From: a virus
Taxonomy: Duplodnaviria; Caudoviricetes
Length of the DNA: 56,439 nt
Reading direction: 5' to 3' (one strand)
IMG/VR virus record: IMGVR_UViG_3300034374_008412
Coordinates: 1-56,439 of that record
Position numbers and translations under genes: made by a program. Shown piece by piece: positions 9,634-18,568 of the stretch; position 1 is the first letter of the stretch; each line of letters opens with the position of its first letter. Below the pieces are notes generated by a model. It saw only the letters and a program-made list of their open reading frames with translations. It made no database searches and was not told the DNA's origin.

Positions 9634-9659
9634 GTTATTTTTAAAAATAACTATATTTG
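9634..9659 (+). promoter_or_regulatory. Promoter with palindromic operator upstream of nuclease-recT operon
   Basis: GTTATT-N6-AATAAC 9634-9651 followed by TATATTTG 9652-9659. Confidence 0.75.
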
Positions 9660-9679
9660 TTACATCAAAAGAATCAGTT

Positions 9680-10456
9680 ATGGAAAAGAAAATCAAATTA
9701 AGTCAGAGCCTTATTAAGTCGCTATATGCGTATAAGATGGGCGAAAAATGTGGTAAACTTATTGAAGCACACTATGTAGATGGAGTTCAATTTCCTTCTA
9801 CCGATGCTATGGAACTTGGTAACTACTTTGAGTACATTTGTACGGGAAGTTTAGCAAGGGATGGGCATACTCCCGAACCAACTACTACAAAAAAGGGAGA
9901 ACCAACTGCAAAGTATAAGTTAATGCAGGAACAGAAAGCAAATTTTGACAATATAATGTCAAATTATGGTTTCAAAATATTATCAATAGACCACCACTTT
10001 AAATCTAAAGAGTATTCGGGAATTGCAGATATAATTGCAGAAAAAGATGGTCAGAAAGTTATTATTGATGTTAAAACTTCGGGTTTATTAGAAGACAAAT
10101 GGAGTGATTTCGGTTGGCATAATGACTTTGTAATGAATAATGATAATTTAATGATACAAGCAAGGCATTATAAAATGTTAGCCTATGAAGAATGGGGAGT
10201 AGAAAATATACCTTTTTACTTTATGGTGTTCAGTACAACTAACGCAGTTGATTGTAAAGTGTTTGAAGTTGATTGTCCAACAGAATCATTAGATATGCAC
10301 CAAAGAAATTCAGAAGGTGCAAAAAGAATATTAGATAAACTATTAATTGATGGTTTTGAATCTATACCAAGTGTTAAAGAATGTGCTAAATGTCCTTTAA
10401 AAGATACTTGTAAAGACTTCACAAATGTTCCACCAATAGTAAAAATAGAATGTTAG
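9680..10456 (+). CDS. Cas4/AddB/RecE-like PD-(D/E)XK exonuclease with Fe-S cysteines
   Basis: GIADII...IIDVKTSG, QARHY, N-terminal Cys and C-terminal CAKCPLKDTC; upstream of recT. Confidence 0.8.
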   Translation: MEKKIKLSQSLIKSLYAYKMGEKCGKLIEAHYVDGVQFPSTDAMELGNYFEYICTGSLARDGHTPEPTTTKKGEPTAKYKLMQEQKANFDNIMSNYGFKILSIDHHFKSKEYSGIADIIAEKDGQKVIIDVKTSGLLEDKWSDFGWHNDFVMNNDNLMIQARHYKMLAYEEWGVENIPFYFMVFSTTNAVDCKVFEVDCPTESLDMHQRNSEGAKRILDKLLIDGFESIPSVKECAKCPLKDTCKDFTNVPPIVKIEC

Positions 10457-10457
10457 G

Positions 10458-10856
10458 ATGAATAGAAAAGAATATATAGAGTTTATTAAAACAAAGATAA
10501 TAGACGAAAAATTAAATGGTAAAAGATTTAACGTAATTAGAGAACTTCAAAAAGAATTAGATATGGTATTAGAAAGTAAAGAAGAATCAGATTTCTTAAA
10601 AAACATATCCTTAAAGGATGTTAAAAAGGCAGATAAAAACGATACTCTTAATCAACTCGAAAAGTATCTTGTAGGTTTACAAAACATTAGTAGAACTCAC
10701 AAAGATAAATTGGTTGAAGAAAGATTGCCTAAAGATGGTAAGGTTAGGTTTATAAATTTGCAAGAAAGATTAACACTTGAAGAATTAGAAGGCATTGATG
10801 CTGAAATAGAATTTATACAAAAGCAAATAAATATATTGAAGGATGGCAATAGATAA
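10458..10856 (+). CDS. Hypothetical protein
   Basis: Operon ORF. Confidence 0.65.
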   Translation: MNRKEYIEFIKTKIIDEKLNGKRFNVIRELQKELDMVLESKEESDFLKNISLKDVKKADKNDTLNQLEKYLVGLQNISRTHKDKLVEERLPKDGKVRFINLQERLTLEELEGIDAEIEFIQKQINILKDGNR

Positions 10857-11022
10857 ACCAAAAAACAAAGAAGAACTATTAGACTATATTACTTTTAGAG
10901 CAAGTGGATTAGGTCAAAGCAAAGATTTTACATTTAAACGTTTCTATTATGAAATGCTTGAAATGGTAAGTAAAGAAAGAGAAATAGAATTAGAATTAAT
11001 TAAGTTACAAACCAAAAATTAA
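10843..11022 (+). CDS. Small hypothetical protein (59 aa, not in ORF track)
   Basis: MAIDKPKNKEELLDYITF...; fills the gap before recT. Confidence 0.6.
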   Translation: MAIDKPKNKEELLDYITFRASGLGQSKDFTFKRFYYEMLEMVSKEREIELELIKLQTKN

Positions 11023-11026
11023 TATT

Positions 11027-12142
11027 ATGAGTAAACAATTAACAACTTGGGAAAAATCGTTATCAGAAGGGCATACAAAGTACCTTAAAACGATGAATTA
11101 TGATGCAAACAATGTTCCACAAGAAGTAAAGCAAAAAGCTATGCAGGAAATTGGTTTTGCGTATCAGTCAATGATTAACAACACAATGCTCCAAAATTGT
11201 GAGCCACAAAGTATTGTAAATGCAATTACAAATATTGCAAGAACTTCAATAACTCTTAATCCCGTAATGAGATTAGCTTATTTAGTTCCTCGTAATGGTA
11301 AATGTGTTTTAGACTTCTCTTATATGGGTATGATTAGTTTATTAAAGAATAATGGTAACATTAGAACTATCAATGCTTATATTGTTTATGAAGACGAAGA
11401 TTTTAGGCACGATATTGTGGAAAATGTAATCTATCACACACCACGATATGCAAAAAGCGAAAAAGAACATAATACAAGAAGTATTCTTGGAGCATATTCA
11501 ATCGCTAAACTTCCAACGGGAGAAGTAGATTATTGCTTTATGCCTTATTGGGAAATAGAGAAAGTTAAAAACACTTCTAAAGGTGGAGATTCAAAGTATT
11601 CTCCTTGGGTTACTTGGAAGGATGAAATGATTAAGAAAACAATCATTAAAAGACATTTTAAGATGCTTATTAGTGTTAATGATACTTTTAATTCAAAGCT
11701 AACAACATTATTAGAAGTTGAAAATGATAATAATGGTTTGCAGGAGCAATACAAAGTTCAAAACAAAAGAAATGGTTTAGGTAATGCTTTTATTGAAGAA
11801 GAAGTTGTAGAAAAAACAAATACCGAAAGTAGAATTGCTGAAATAGTTGATTTTACAGAAGAAGAAACTAAAGTTGAAGAAAAGGTTTCTGCTCCAAAAA
11901 AAACAACTAAAACCCAAACCAAAACAAAGGCTACTAAAACAAAGATAGAAAGCCAATTAGATAATCTCGAAAATGATACTTTGTTTGATGATGAAGAAGA
12001 ATTGCCGAATGAAGTTATAGACCAACAAACGGGAGAAATAATAAGTTTTGAAGATGGAGAAGATGTTATTTCAGATGAAATGTTTGAAGATATTAAATCA
12101 CAAGAGAAAAAGTTTCAAGATAACCAATTAAGAATTGAATAA
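11027..12142 (+). CDS. recT: RecT-family single-strand annealing recombinase
   Basis: LNPVMRLAYLVPR, SYMGMISL, IVYEDEDF, SPWVTWKDEMIKKTIIKRHFK; acidic C-terminal tail. Confidence 0.9.
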   Translation: MSKQLTTWEKSLSEGHTKYLKTMNYDANNVPQEVKQKAMQEIGFAYQSMINNTMLQNCEPQSIVNAITNIARTSITLNPVMRLAYLVPRNGKCVLDFSYMGMISLLKNNGNIRTINAYIVYEDEDFRHDIVENVIYHTPRYAKSEKEHNTRSILGAYSIAKLPTGEVDYCFMPYWEIEKVKNTSKGGDSKYSPWVTWKDEMIKKTIIKRHFKMLISVNDTFNSKLTTLLEVENDNNGLQEQYKVQNKRNGLGNAFIEEEVVEKTNTESRIAEIVDFTEEETKVEEKVSAPKKTTKTQTKTKATKTKIESQLDNLENDTLFDDEEELPNEVIDQQTGEIISFEDGEDVISDEMFEDIKSQEKKFQDNQLRIE

Positions 12143-12185
12143 TTATTATAACTTTGTGATGAAGTATTTATGAATTAGTTGTATT

Positions 12186-12222
12186 AAAAGGAGAATGTTT
12201 TTATAATGTTCTCCTTTTTTTT
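12186..12222. terminator. Bidirectional intrinsic terminator at early/late convergence
   Basis: AAAAGGAGAA...TTCTCCTTTT plus T-run. Confidence 0.75.
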
Positions 12223-12352
12223 ATTTACCAATCTTAATTTTCAATCCACTCTTTTTGATTTTAAAATAAGAATAAACCCCAATTCCTGCGAATACAGAAA
12301 TAGCAGTTGCTACTAAAACAATTTTCTTTTGTTTATCTGTCATACCTTTCAT
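12221..12352 (-). CDS. Small single-TM protein
   Basis: MKGMTDKQKKIVLVATAISVFAGIGVYSYF; start moved to 12352 to avoid overlap with 12357-12635. Confidence 0.6.
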   Translation of the reverse strand: MKGMTDKQKKIVLVATAISVFAGIGVYSYFKIKKSGLKIKIGK

Positions 12353-12356
12353 TATT

Positions 12357-12635
12357 TTACCATAAAAGTTTGTCTGCGTACCATCCGTTTGAACCTCTTT
12401 TATGTCTGTTGTTGTTATGTCTTTTTTTGTATGCTTTTCTTCTTTCATCTGCGTAAGCCTTTCCTTTTGTTTTAATGTATGTAGGATAGTCGCCATATCC
12501 AATAGCACCAACTGATGCTACCTTCTTACCATTCTTAAATACATCAATTTTCTTTCCCTTAACCCTGCTTGGCTTTACTTCAACTCCAAGTTTTTTAGCT
12601 TGTCGTTTCGTGTATTGAGTAATAGTATATGCCAT
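12357..12635 (-). CDS. Basic protein resembling DUF5754 (NCLDV/Polinton-like virus family)
   Basis: KKIDV...GAIGYGDYPTY...ERRKAYKKRH...GWYADKLLW pattern. Confidence 0.6.
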   Translation of the reverse strand: MAYTITQYTKRQAKKLGVEVKPSRVKGKKIDVFKNGKKVASVGAIGYGDYPTYIKTKGKAYADERRKAYKKRHNNNRHKRGSNGWYADKLLW

Positions 12636-12638
12636 ACC

Positions 12639-12800
12639 TTAGTTCTTTAAGTCTTTTTCCTCTAAGTCTTCAATTTGCATCCTTGTAATCTTAATGCGAT
12701 AATATGTATGAATACCCGTTAGAAGTAAAACTCCAATTCCTAAAATCGTTGCTATCTCCTTTCCTCTTTTAGTCTGTAAAAATTGTATTAAATTATTCAT
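12639..12800 (-). CDS. Small single-TM protein (53 aa, not in track)
   Basis: MNNLIQFLQTKRGKEIATILGIGVLLLTGIHTYYRIK. Confidence 0.6.
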   Translation of the reverse strand: MNNLIQFLQTKRGKEIATILGIGVLLLTGIHTYYRIKITRMQIEDLEEKDLKN

Positions 12801-12802
12801 AA

Positions 12803-13405
12803 CTATTGCTTTATATAACTACCCCACGCAACATTCAAAAACGTATCTTGCATTAAGGGTTCTAAATTATATCTACTTAAACTTTCTTTTATTGCTCCTT
12901 CATTACATTCAAAGTAATCCCAAACATTTAATTTAGTAAAAGAACTTAAATCTATTGCAAAGTCGTGTGCAAATATTATATCATTTGTATTTAAGAATTT
13001 ACTGAAATGATTAAATTCAGAAATCTTATCTCCACCATCACAAAATAGAATAGTATTCTTTTTACTACTATTTAAAATAAGTTCTATTGTATCTGTTTCA
13101 AAAACATTTTCTTCGTAAAACTTTACTTTTTTTACTTTATTTGATATTTGTCTTTGCCCTATTGAAGCATCAACATCAAAAGAATGTATTGTAGTATTAT
13201 CAGATAGTTTATGATTATCTAAAAAGGTTGTAAAACCACCTCTAAAAGTCCCTATCTCAATTATAGTGTCTATAATAATTTCATTAGAATTTAAATAGTC
13301 ATATAGCTTATCAAATGCACTTTCTATCTGATAGTGCTGACAAGTAAAAACACCATTTATATTACAATGGTTTCTCATATCATTATTTAAAACTACCTCT
13401 AACAT
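12803..13405 (-). CDS. Class I SAM-dependent methyltransferase (CmcI-like)
   Basis: IIEIGTFRGGFT, IHSFDV, ILFCDGG, IFAHD; likely start at the TAATG overlap 13405. Confidence 0.7.
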   Translation of the reverse strand: MLEVVLNNDMRNHCNINGVFTCQHYQIESAFDKLYDYLNSNEIIIDTIIEIGTFRGGFTTFLDNHKLSDNTTIHSFDVDASIGQRQISNKVKKVKFYEENVFETDTIELILNSSKKNTILFCDGGDKISEFNHFSKFLNTNDIIFAHDFAIDLSSFTKLNVWDYFECNEGAIKESLSRYNLEPLMQDTFLNVAWGSYIKQ

Positions 13406-14067
13406 TATTTCATTATTATTATACCACCAATTAAGCCAACTCCTAACCAAAAAACTTTTCGGTCATAGAATTTCTTTTCATCTTCAATTATTACGTTTTT
13501 CATATCAATAGTAGATAAGTAAGGGTTTGTATTTTCTAACTTTACTATTGGAATACTCTTTCTAAATATACCACCCGATTTATTTCCAATAGTTAATTTC
13601 ATTTCATTTGGTATAACAATACTATCAACCAATAATCCTTCCTTTAGAATTAATCCATTAAAAGAATAGTGTTCTTTTGTTAAATTAAACCTTTTAGGAA
13701 CTTCTATTACTCCTTTTGGATAAATTGTATCACTTATATATATAGTTTCAGTATAAGGAACGGGAACACTATCAATTCTTATTTCAGTAATAGTCTTTAC
13801 TTGTCCTTTTATTTTTTTTAGGTTTTCTATTTCCAATATACCTAATTCTATTGCATCTTTTTGAGATATAATTATTTGCTCTTGCTCGGCTATCTTAACA
13901 CTATCCTTTGATAGTTTTTCTTCAAAGAATTGATTATCTAATTGTAACTTTCCTATTTGTTTTTTAAATGAAGAAAGTCGCACTTGGGTATTGCATAGTT
14001 GCCAAACCAAAAACGCAACCACGCACCCAAGTACGACAAGCAGAGATTTTTGTATATCTATCTTCAT
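13405..14067 (-). CDS. Membrane protein with N- and C-terminal TM, coiled coil (spanin-like)
   Basis: N-terminal TM, coiled coil, C-terminal KKFYDRKVFWLGVGLIGG; located in lysis cluster. Confidence 0.55.
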   Translation of the reverse strand: MKIDIQKSLLVVLGCVVAFLVWQLCNTQVRLSSFKKQIGKLQLDNQFFEEKLSKDSVKIAEQEQIIISQKDAIELGILEIENLKKIKGQVKTITEIRIDSVPVPYTETIYISDTIYPKGVIEVPKRFNLTKEHYSFNGLILKEGLLVDSIVIPNEMKLTIGNKSGGIFRKSIPIVKLENTNPYLSTIDMKNVIIEDEKKFYDRKVFWLGVGLIGGIIIMK

Positions 14068-14267
14068 TACTGATTTCTTAATTTCTTCAAATGTGAAAGT
14101 GCTGAAAAAGTAAAAGCGACAATACCCATAGTAACAAATATTAAATCTAATTTTTGTTTGGTAGTCATTTTAGACCACTTGTTTTGCCCTTCCTTAATTT
14201 TCTTATCAACCTTATCTTCTATATAAGATTCAAGTTCTAATACCTCATCTGTAATACTCTTTTTCAT
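14067..14267 (-). CDS. Small single-TM protein
   Basis: LIFVTMGIVAFTFSAL. Confidence 0.65.
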   Translation of the reverse strand: MKKSITDEVLELESYIEDKVDKKIKEGQNKWSKMTTKQKLDLIFVTMGIVAFTFSALSHLKKLRNQ

Positions 14268-14268
14268 C

Positions 14269-14478
14269 TTATTTATTTTGAATATCTTTTTTCTTTAACA
14301 TTCCTATTCCTGCTCCAATACCACCTAAAGCAATACCACCAAGAATAGTATATCCCCAACCTTTCCAAAAACCACTTTTAACTTTAAAAGCATAACCTAA
14401 TGCTATTGCAAACCCTAATGTACTACCTATTTGATAACCCTCTTTCATATAGGTATTTTTTATTTTTTCTTTATTCAT
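14269..14478 (-). CDS. Small two-TM Gly-rich protein
   Basis: Two hydrophobic Gly-rich helices. Confidence 0.7.
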   Translation of the reverse strand: MNKEKIKNTYMKEGYQIGSTLGFAIALGYAFKVKSGFWKGWGYTILGGIALGGIGAGIGMLKKKDIQNK

Positions 14479-14479
14479 A

Positions 14480-15223
14480 TTATTTATTTTTACCTTTTAA
14501 ATATAATCCATAGCCTAACAAACCTAAACCACCTATTAAACCACTTAAAAATATTGTTCTTTTAAAATATAGTTTATTTTGTGTCCACTTATCAAATAAG
14601 GTATATGTGAAGTATTTATTTCTATAAATACCTTCCTGCTTCTCCACTAATTGCATAAACTCTTTAAAACAATAATAGTTTTGAAAAACTTGGCATCCTG
14701 CTGAATAATCTCCAATAAATTCTGTATTACCATTTCCATCGTCTGCTCCGTAATTCTTTGCTTTATGAATGTTTATACCAAACATACCACAATCTTTATC
14801 TTTTAAGTTGAATGATAAAGTTGCGTTCCTATCGTAATCACGATAAACACAAATAGGTTTAGCTTGAGTTAATGCTCTATATTTTCCTTTGTGAGAACCT
14901 ATTTTCCAAGTATCTATATATTGACCCGAAGGCAAAATTGCAGTTGCCGACCTTCCTTGATAACTACCTATACCACCCCTTGTTAAGTATTTAGTAGAAG
15001 GGTCGGTTGTAATTGCATACTTTCTTCCTTCCCAATTATTTTTATCATCCTTCCAAAATACATAAAGTGTATCATCAAACTTTTTGGGATTAGTATTCTT
15101 ATTCCTTACCCCGACTATATTTAGTTGATAAGGTTTTTTATAAATAATATACTTTTTAGACTTCATTAGTCCTAATAAGTATCTTATCTGTACTATACCT
15201 AAATTTTCAGCATTACAACTCAT
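14480..15223 (-). CDS. YkuD/L,D-transpeptidase-like peptidoglycan enzyme with C-terminal TM anchor
   Basis: GINIHKA...YSAGCQVF His/Cys motif; C-terminal IFLSGLIGGLGLLGYGLY. Confidence 0.7.
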   Translation of the reverse strand: MSCNAENLGIVQIRYLLGLMKSKKYIIYKKPYQLNIVGVRNKNTNPKKFDDTLYVFWKDDKNNWEGRKYAITTDPSTKYLTRGGIGSYQGRSATAILPSGQYIDTWKIGSHKGKYRALTQAKPICVYRDYDRNATLSFNLKDKDCGMFGINIHKAKNYGADDGNGNTEFIGDYSAGCQVFQNYYCFKEFMQLVEKQEGIYRNKYFTYTLFDKWTQNKLYFKRTIFLSGLIGGLGLLGYGLYLKGKNK

Positions 15224-15339
15224 TTTGCTTTCCCCCTTTCAAATTTACTTGCTCTACCCTTTCTAACTAAAAAATAAAGCAAAGATGTTCCTACTAATAA
15301 ACCTACACCACCAATAATATATTTATCTGACTTCTTCAT
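15220..15339 (-). CDS. Small single-TM protein (39 aa, not in track)
   Basis: MKKSDKYIIGGVGLLVGTSLLYFLVRK; overlaps both neighbours by 4 nt. Confidence 0.65.
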   Translation of the reverse strand: MKKSDKYIIGGVGLLVGTSLLYFLVRKGRASKFERGKAK

Positions 15340-15935
15340 TTTTTTACACCCTTATAAATAAAATAACCCATCGAACCTAAAACAATTACTCCTAAAGCTA
15401 AAAACATAGCCTTTTTAGAAGTAAAACCACCTGCATACTTTATGTCCTCTAACCTACGCATCCAACCTTCTCTAAAAGCAGGATTACCACTTGCATATCT
15501 ATCAGCACGTTCTTTATAAATATCATCAAATAAAGTCTTTTGATTAGCCTTATTAATAACCTTTGCATCGAAGTTTGTAAAAGATATGTTTTGCTTTGAC
15601 AAAGCCTTTTTAACCATTGATTTAGTTCCATACAACCCGTGATTAACAGAAGCATCATATATTATCAATGCAACAGATTGATTTTTTAGTTTATCTCCAT
15701 CAATCTTATCCCAATAGTTCTGTTTATATATCATAGATGCAGTTTTAGGAGAAAGGTTTTTCATATCCGAAATAGTTATAGGTCTGCCTAAATATGCTTT
15801 AAGTATTGGAGCAGAAATACCATAGTTTGTTCCTATCAGTTTACCATCTACCCAATTACCATTATCTTTAGGATTATTTGTATAACCCCCTTCCGACTTA
15901 CCTACCTTTTTATGTGCATCTACAAAACTTGCCAT
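15336..15935 (-). CDS. Glycoside hydrolase family 108 muramidase with C-terminal TM anchor
   Basis: SEGGYTNNPKDNG...GTNYGIS, IYKQNYW, DASVNHG, FREGWMRR; C-terminal TM. Confidence 0.85.
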   Translation of the reverse strand: MASFVDAHKKVGKSEGGYTNNPKDNGNWVDGKLIGTNYGISAPILKAYLGRPITISDMKNLSPKTASMIYKQNYWDKIDGDKLKNQSVALIIYDASVNHGLYGTKSMVKKALSKQNISFTNFDAKVINKANQKTLFDDIYKERADRYASGNPAFREGWMRRLEDIKYAGGFTSKKAMFLALGVIVLGSMGYFIYKGVKK

Positions 15936-16420
15936 TATCCTTTATTTATATCTTTTACTTCTAATTCTATATATCCTTCACTACTTTTTTCAATAGCATC
16001 AACTAAAATAGGATAAAGGTCTTTATAAGCATCTCCACTTCTACTTCCCCTTGCACTTTTAAAGTCAATACTATAATTCGGAAGTAAGCATCCTGCCGTA
16101 GCATCATCTGAATTTCCTAAATGGATTAGTATATATTGAAATCTTTTACCATCATTCTCTAACACCCAATTAGGCTTATTATAAACACAAAGCATACCTT
16201 TATGAAAATCATACTTTTCAGAATATCTATTGTGAAAACCACCTTCTTTTCTTAATGAAACTTTATAAGTTCCTTCGGGTATTCGGGTTTCACTTGCAAC
16301 CTTTTCCCCACTTGGTCTGTCTTGGTCTTCAATGCAACCACAAAAAGCAACACCATCAATAAGAAAAACACCTATTGTAGTATCGCCATCATCTTTTAGT
16401 CTTAATAATTCAAACTTCAT
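15935..16420 (-). CDS. DUF5675-like putative L,D-peptidase (soluble endolysin candidate)
   Basis: TIGVFLIDG, ETRIPEGTYKV, ILIHLGNSDDATAGCLLP; start MKFELLRL at 16420. Confidence 0.75.
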   Translation of the reverse strand: MKFELLRLKDDGDTTIGVFLIDGVAFCGCIEDQDRPSGEKVASETRIPEGTYKVSLRKEGGFHNRYSEKYDFHKGMLCVYNKPNWVLENDGKRFQYILIHLGNSDDATAGCLLPNYSIDFKSARGSRSGDAYKDLYPILVDAIEKSSEGYIELEVKDINKG

Positions 16421-16421
16421 A

Positions 16422-16736
16422 CTATTTCTTATTTGCGAGTTCTTTGTTAAGGTATTCAAGCATATATTCGACTGCTTCTCTTTCTTCTGCATCAATGTTA
16501 TTGTCTGCAAGAAGTTGTTTATTAGCCGATATAGTTGTTTTAAGTTCATCTAAACTCATATTTTTTACATCATCAATAAACCTTTTAGGAAGGTTAGATT
16601 CAAAAGTTTGCTCAACCTTATTTGGTTCATTTTTCTTTTTTGGTTTGTTCTTTTTTGGTTTGTTAAAGTAAAATAATGCAAAAGCTATTGTCAATAACCC
16701 TACACCAATAATTACTCTATTGTTTCTCTGCTCCAT
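16422..16736 (-). CDS. Membrane-anchored hypothetical protein
   Basis: N-terminal TM followed by Lys-rich linker. Confidence 0.7.
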   Translation of the reverse strand: MEQRNNRVIIGVGLLTIAFALFYFNKPKKNKPKKKNEPNKVEQTFESNLPKRFIDDVKNMSLDELKTTISANKQLLADNNIDAEEREAVEYMLEYLNKELANKK

Positions 16737-17043
16737 CTTTTTTATTATTAGATTGTCTTATAAAATGATTATAATGAAAAATACAAGCCCACAAAAATAA
16801 AATTGATAAACCTATATTTAAAATTACCTCTGTTAATGGTGGTACACTCATTGTTAAAAAATTAAATAAGCTACCACAAGCTATTGTTATTAAACCTACT
16901 TTAATAGTAGTTTGCTCCCATTTTGGAAGTTTAGCCATCGTACCACTCCTACCATATACAAATACTATAAAAGCAGTAACACTTAATGCAATAACACAAT
17001 TACAAAAAGCATTTATAATTTTAATTATCTCCATTGTTTCCAT
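16717..17043 (-). CDS. Three-TM holin-like protein
   Basis: Three hydrophobic helices; adjacent to lysins. Confidence 0.55.
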   Translation of the reverse strand: METMEIIKIINAFCNCVIALSVTAFIVFVYGRSGTMAKLPKWEQTTIKVGLITIACGSLFNFLTMSVPPLTEVILNIGLSILFLWACIFHYNHFIRQSNNKKDGAEKQ

Positions 17044-17326
17044 TTTCTACTTTATTTAAAAATTTATTACTAATTAACTCAACACCTTTTAATCCTAAAA
17101 AACCAAGAACAAAAGCTATTGACATTTGATATTTCATATCTACTCTTGTTATATCTAATATCAAAGGAGTAATATAGTTTGCCGAAGCAACTCCCGATAT
17201 TAAACTAAAAAAAGTAGTCTTTATATTTAATGTTGCCTTCTTTCCTATAAGTAACAAAGCACCGAATAATCCTGCAACAGATATTCCGATGTTAAAACCT
17301 ATTTCCTGCAATATTTCCCTCATCAT
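17021..17326 (-). CDS. Putative holin
   Basis: AGLFGALL...GVASANYITP...AFVLGFLGLKGVE, class I holin-like pattern. Confidence 0.65.
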   Translation of the reverse strand: MMREILQEIGFNIGISVAGLFGALLLIGKKATLNIKTTFFSLISGVASANYITPLILDITRVDMKYQMSIAFVLGFLGLKGVELISNKFLNKVENGNNGDN

Positions 17327-18277
17327 TTATACGTTTTGATAATCATTTGAATAATTTATTAATACATCTGTACCATCATAATACAGAACTAAAGTAGTTA
17401 TTTCACTTGCTCCTTGTCCTATTGAAATAGTACCACTTGGTGCTTTACAATTACCACCCGATATAGTCCAAGTAGTAATATCAACGGGAGAAGATGATTT
17501 CTGTATTATCTTTATAAAATATGTTGCTCCTGCTTGTAAATTTGTAAATGTAACACTAACATTTGAAGTAGCAGAAGCTAAATCAAGTGGTTGGCTATTA
17601 CCATTATTACCATCAATAGTTACTGCGTTTGCAGTAATAGTATTTGTAGCACTTTGTGGAGAATATATATAACCACCTACTATTGAACCATTTATATCTA
17701 TTGAATTTGGTACATCATTAGTTCTACCAATAGCAGAAACTAAAAGACCTTGACATATTGTACCATTTGTTTTAATAACAATACCAACATTTTGAATTAA
17801 ATCATTTGAACCCGTAGGTTTTGTTTGAGTTAAAGTTCCCGTTTTAGAAACATATAAAACATCTCCTTCTGTTAATCCCGTAAAACCCGTTAAATTCTCA
17901 TTATAAACACCACTTACTACTCCATAGTTATCTTTTGTATCAGAAGTGTTCATTTCTTCTTTAGCAATACCAATACAAGGCATTTTTGAAGGGTCGTCTG
18001 CATCAGCTATTCCAACTAATATTCTATTAGAACCACCTATTTCTCCTTTTGAATACAATGGAGAACCTATTGGTATTGTAGCACCTTCATCGTTTCTAAC
18101 TTCAATCATATTAACTGAATTAAAGTTATTTTCCCAATTTGTACCATTGTATTTTAATACTTGTTGGGTTTCAAGAGAAGTTAAGGTAACATCTGTTAAA
18201 TCACCTAAAGAAGTTGCACCACCCGATGATGAACCACCACTTCCGAAAACTGAAAAGAATTGGTTGCTACGTTCCAT
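17327..18277 (-). CDS. Spike/receptor-binding-like protein 1
   Basis: Gly/Ser N-terminal linker, LGDLTDV and LKYNGTNWEN fibre-type motifs; C-terminal domain shared with 19369-20955. Confidence 0.65.
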   Translation of the reverse strand: MERSNQFFSVFGSGGSSSGGATSLGDLTDVTLTSLETQQVLKYNGTNWENNFNSVNMIEVRNDEGATIPIGSPLYSKGEIGGSNRILVGIADADDPSKMPCIGIAKEEMNTSDTKDNYGVVSGVYNENLTGFTGLTEGDVLYVSKTGTLTQTKPTGSNDLIQNVGIVIKTNGTICQGLLVSAIGRTNDVPNSIDINGSIVGGYIYSPQSATNTITANAVTIDGNNGNSQPLDLASATSNVSVTFTNLQAGATYFIKIIQKSSSPVDITTWTISGGNCKAPSGTISIGQGASEITTLVLYYDGTDVLINYSNDYQNV

Positions 18278-18286
18278 AATTATACT

Positions 18287-18568
18287 TTATACATCTATCG
18301 TTGTCCATTCCGTAGAATCGGGGTAGATTTCTATTAAACTATTTCTTTGTTCTTCTGTTAATCCTGCTAATGCAGGAGCAGAATGTCTTACACCTTCCAT
18401 AATAAAAGGCATAGCTACTTGTGTTCCATCTACCTTCTGTATTGTTCGAGTAGAATATTTAATAGCATTATAAGTAGGGTCATCAGCAAGTATTGATGCT
18501 TGAACTGAAGCATCGGTATCTTCCCATCCTTGCCAATCCGATATATCAAAAGGTAAATACTTAACCAT
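18287..18568 (-). CDS. Hypothetical protein (possible spike chaperone)
   Basis: Small ORF between spike-like genes. Confidence 0.6.
   Translation of the reverse strand: MVKYLPFDISDWQGWEDTDASVQASILADDPTYNAIKYSTRTIQKVDGTQVAMPFIMEGVRHSAPALAGLTEEQRNSLIEIYPDSTEWTTIDV

Noticed and set aside
9680-10456. Cas4 as part of a CRISPR system
   Set aside because: No array or other cas genes; context with recT indicates a recombination exonuclease
12221-12511. 96-aa ORF as given in the track
   Set aside because: N-terminal half overlaps the better-supported 12357-12635 gene; start moved to 12352
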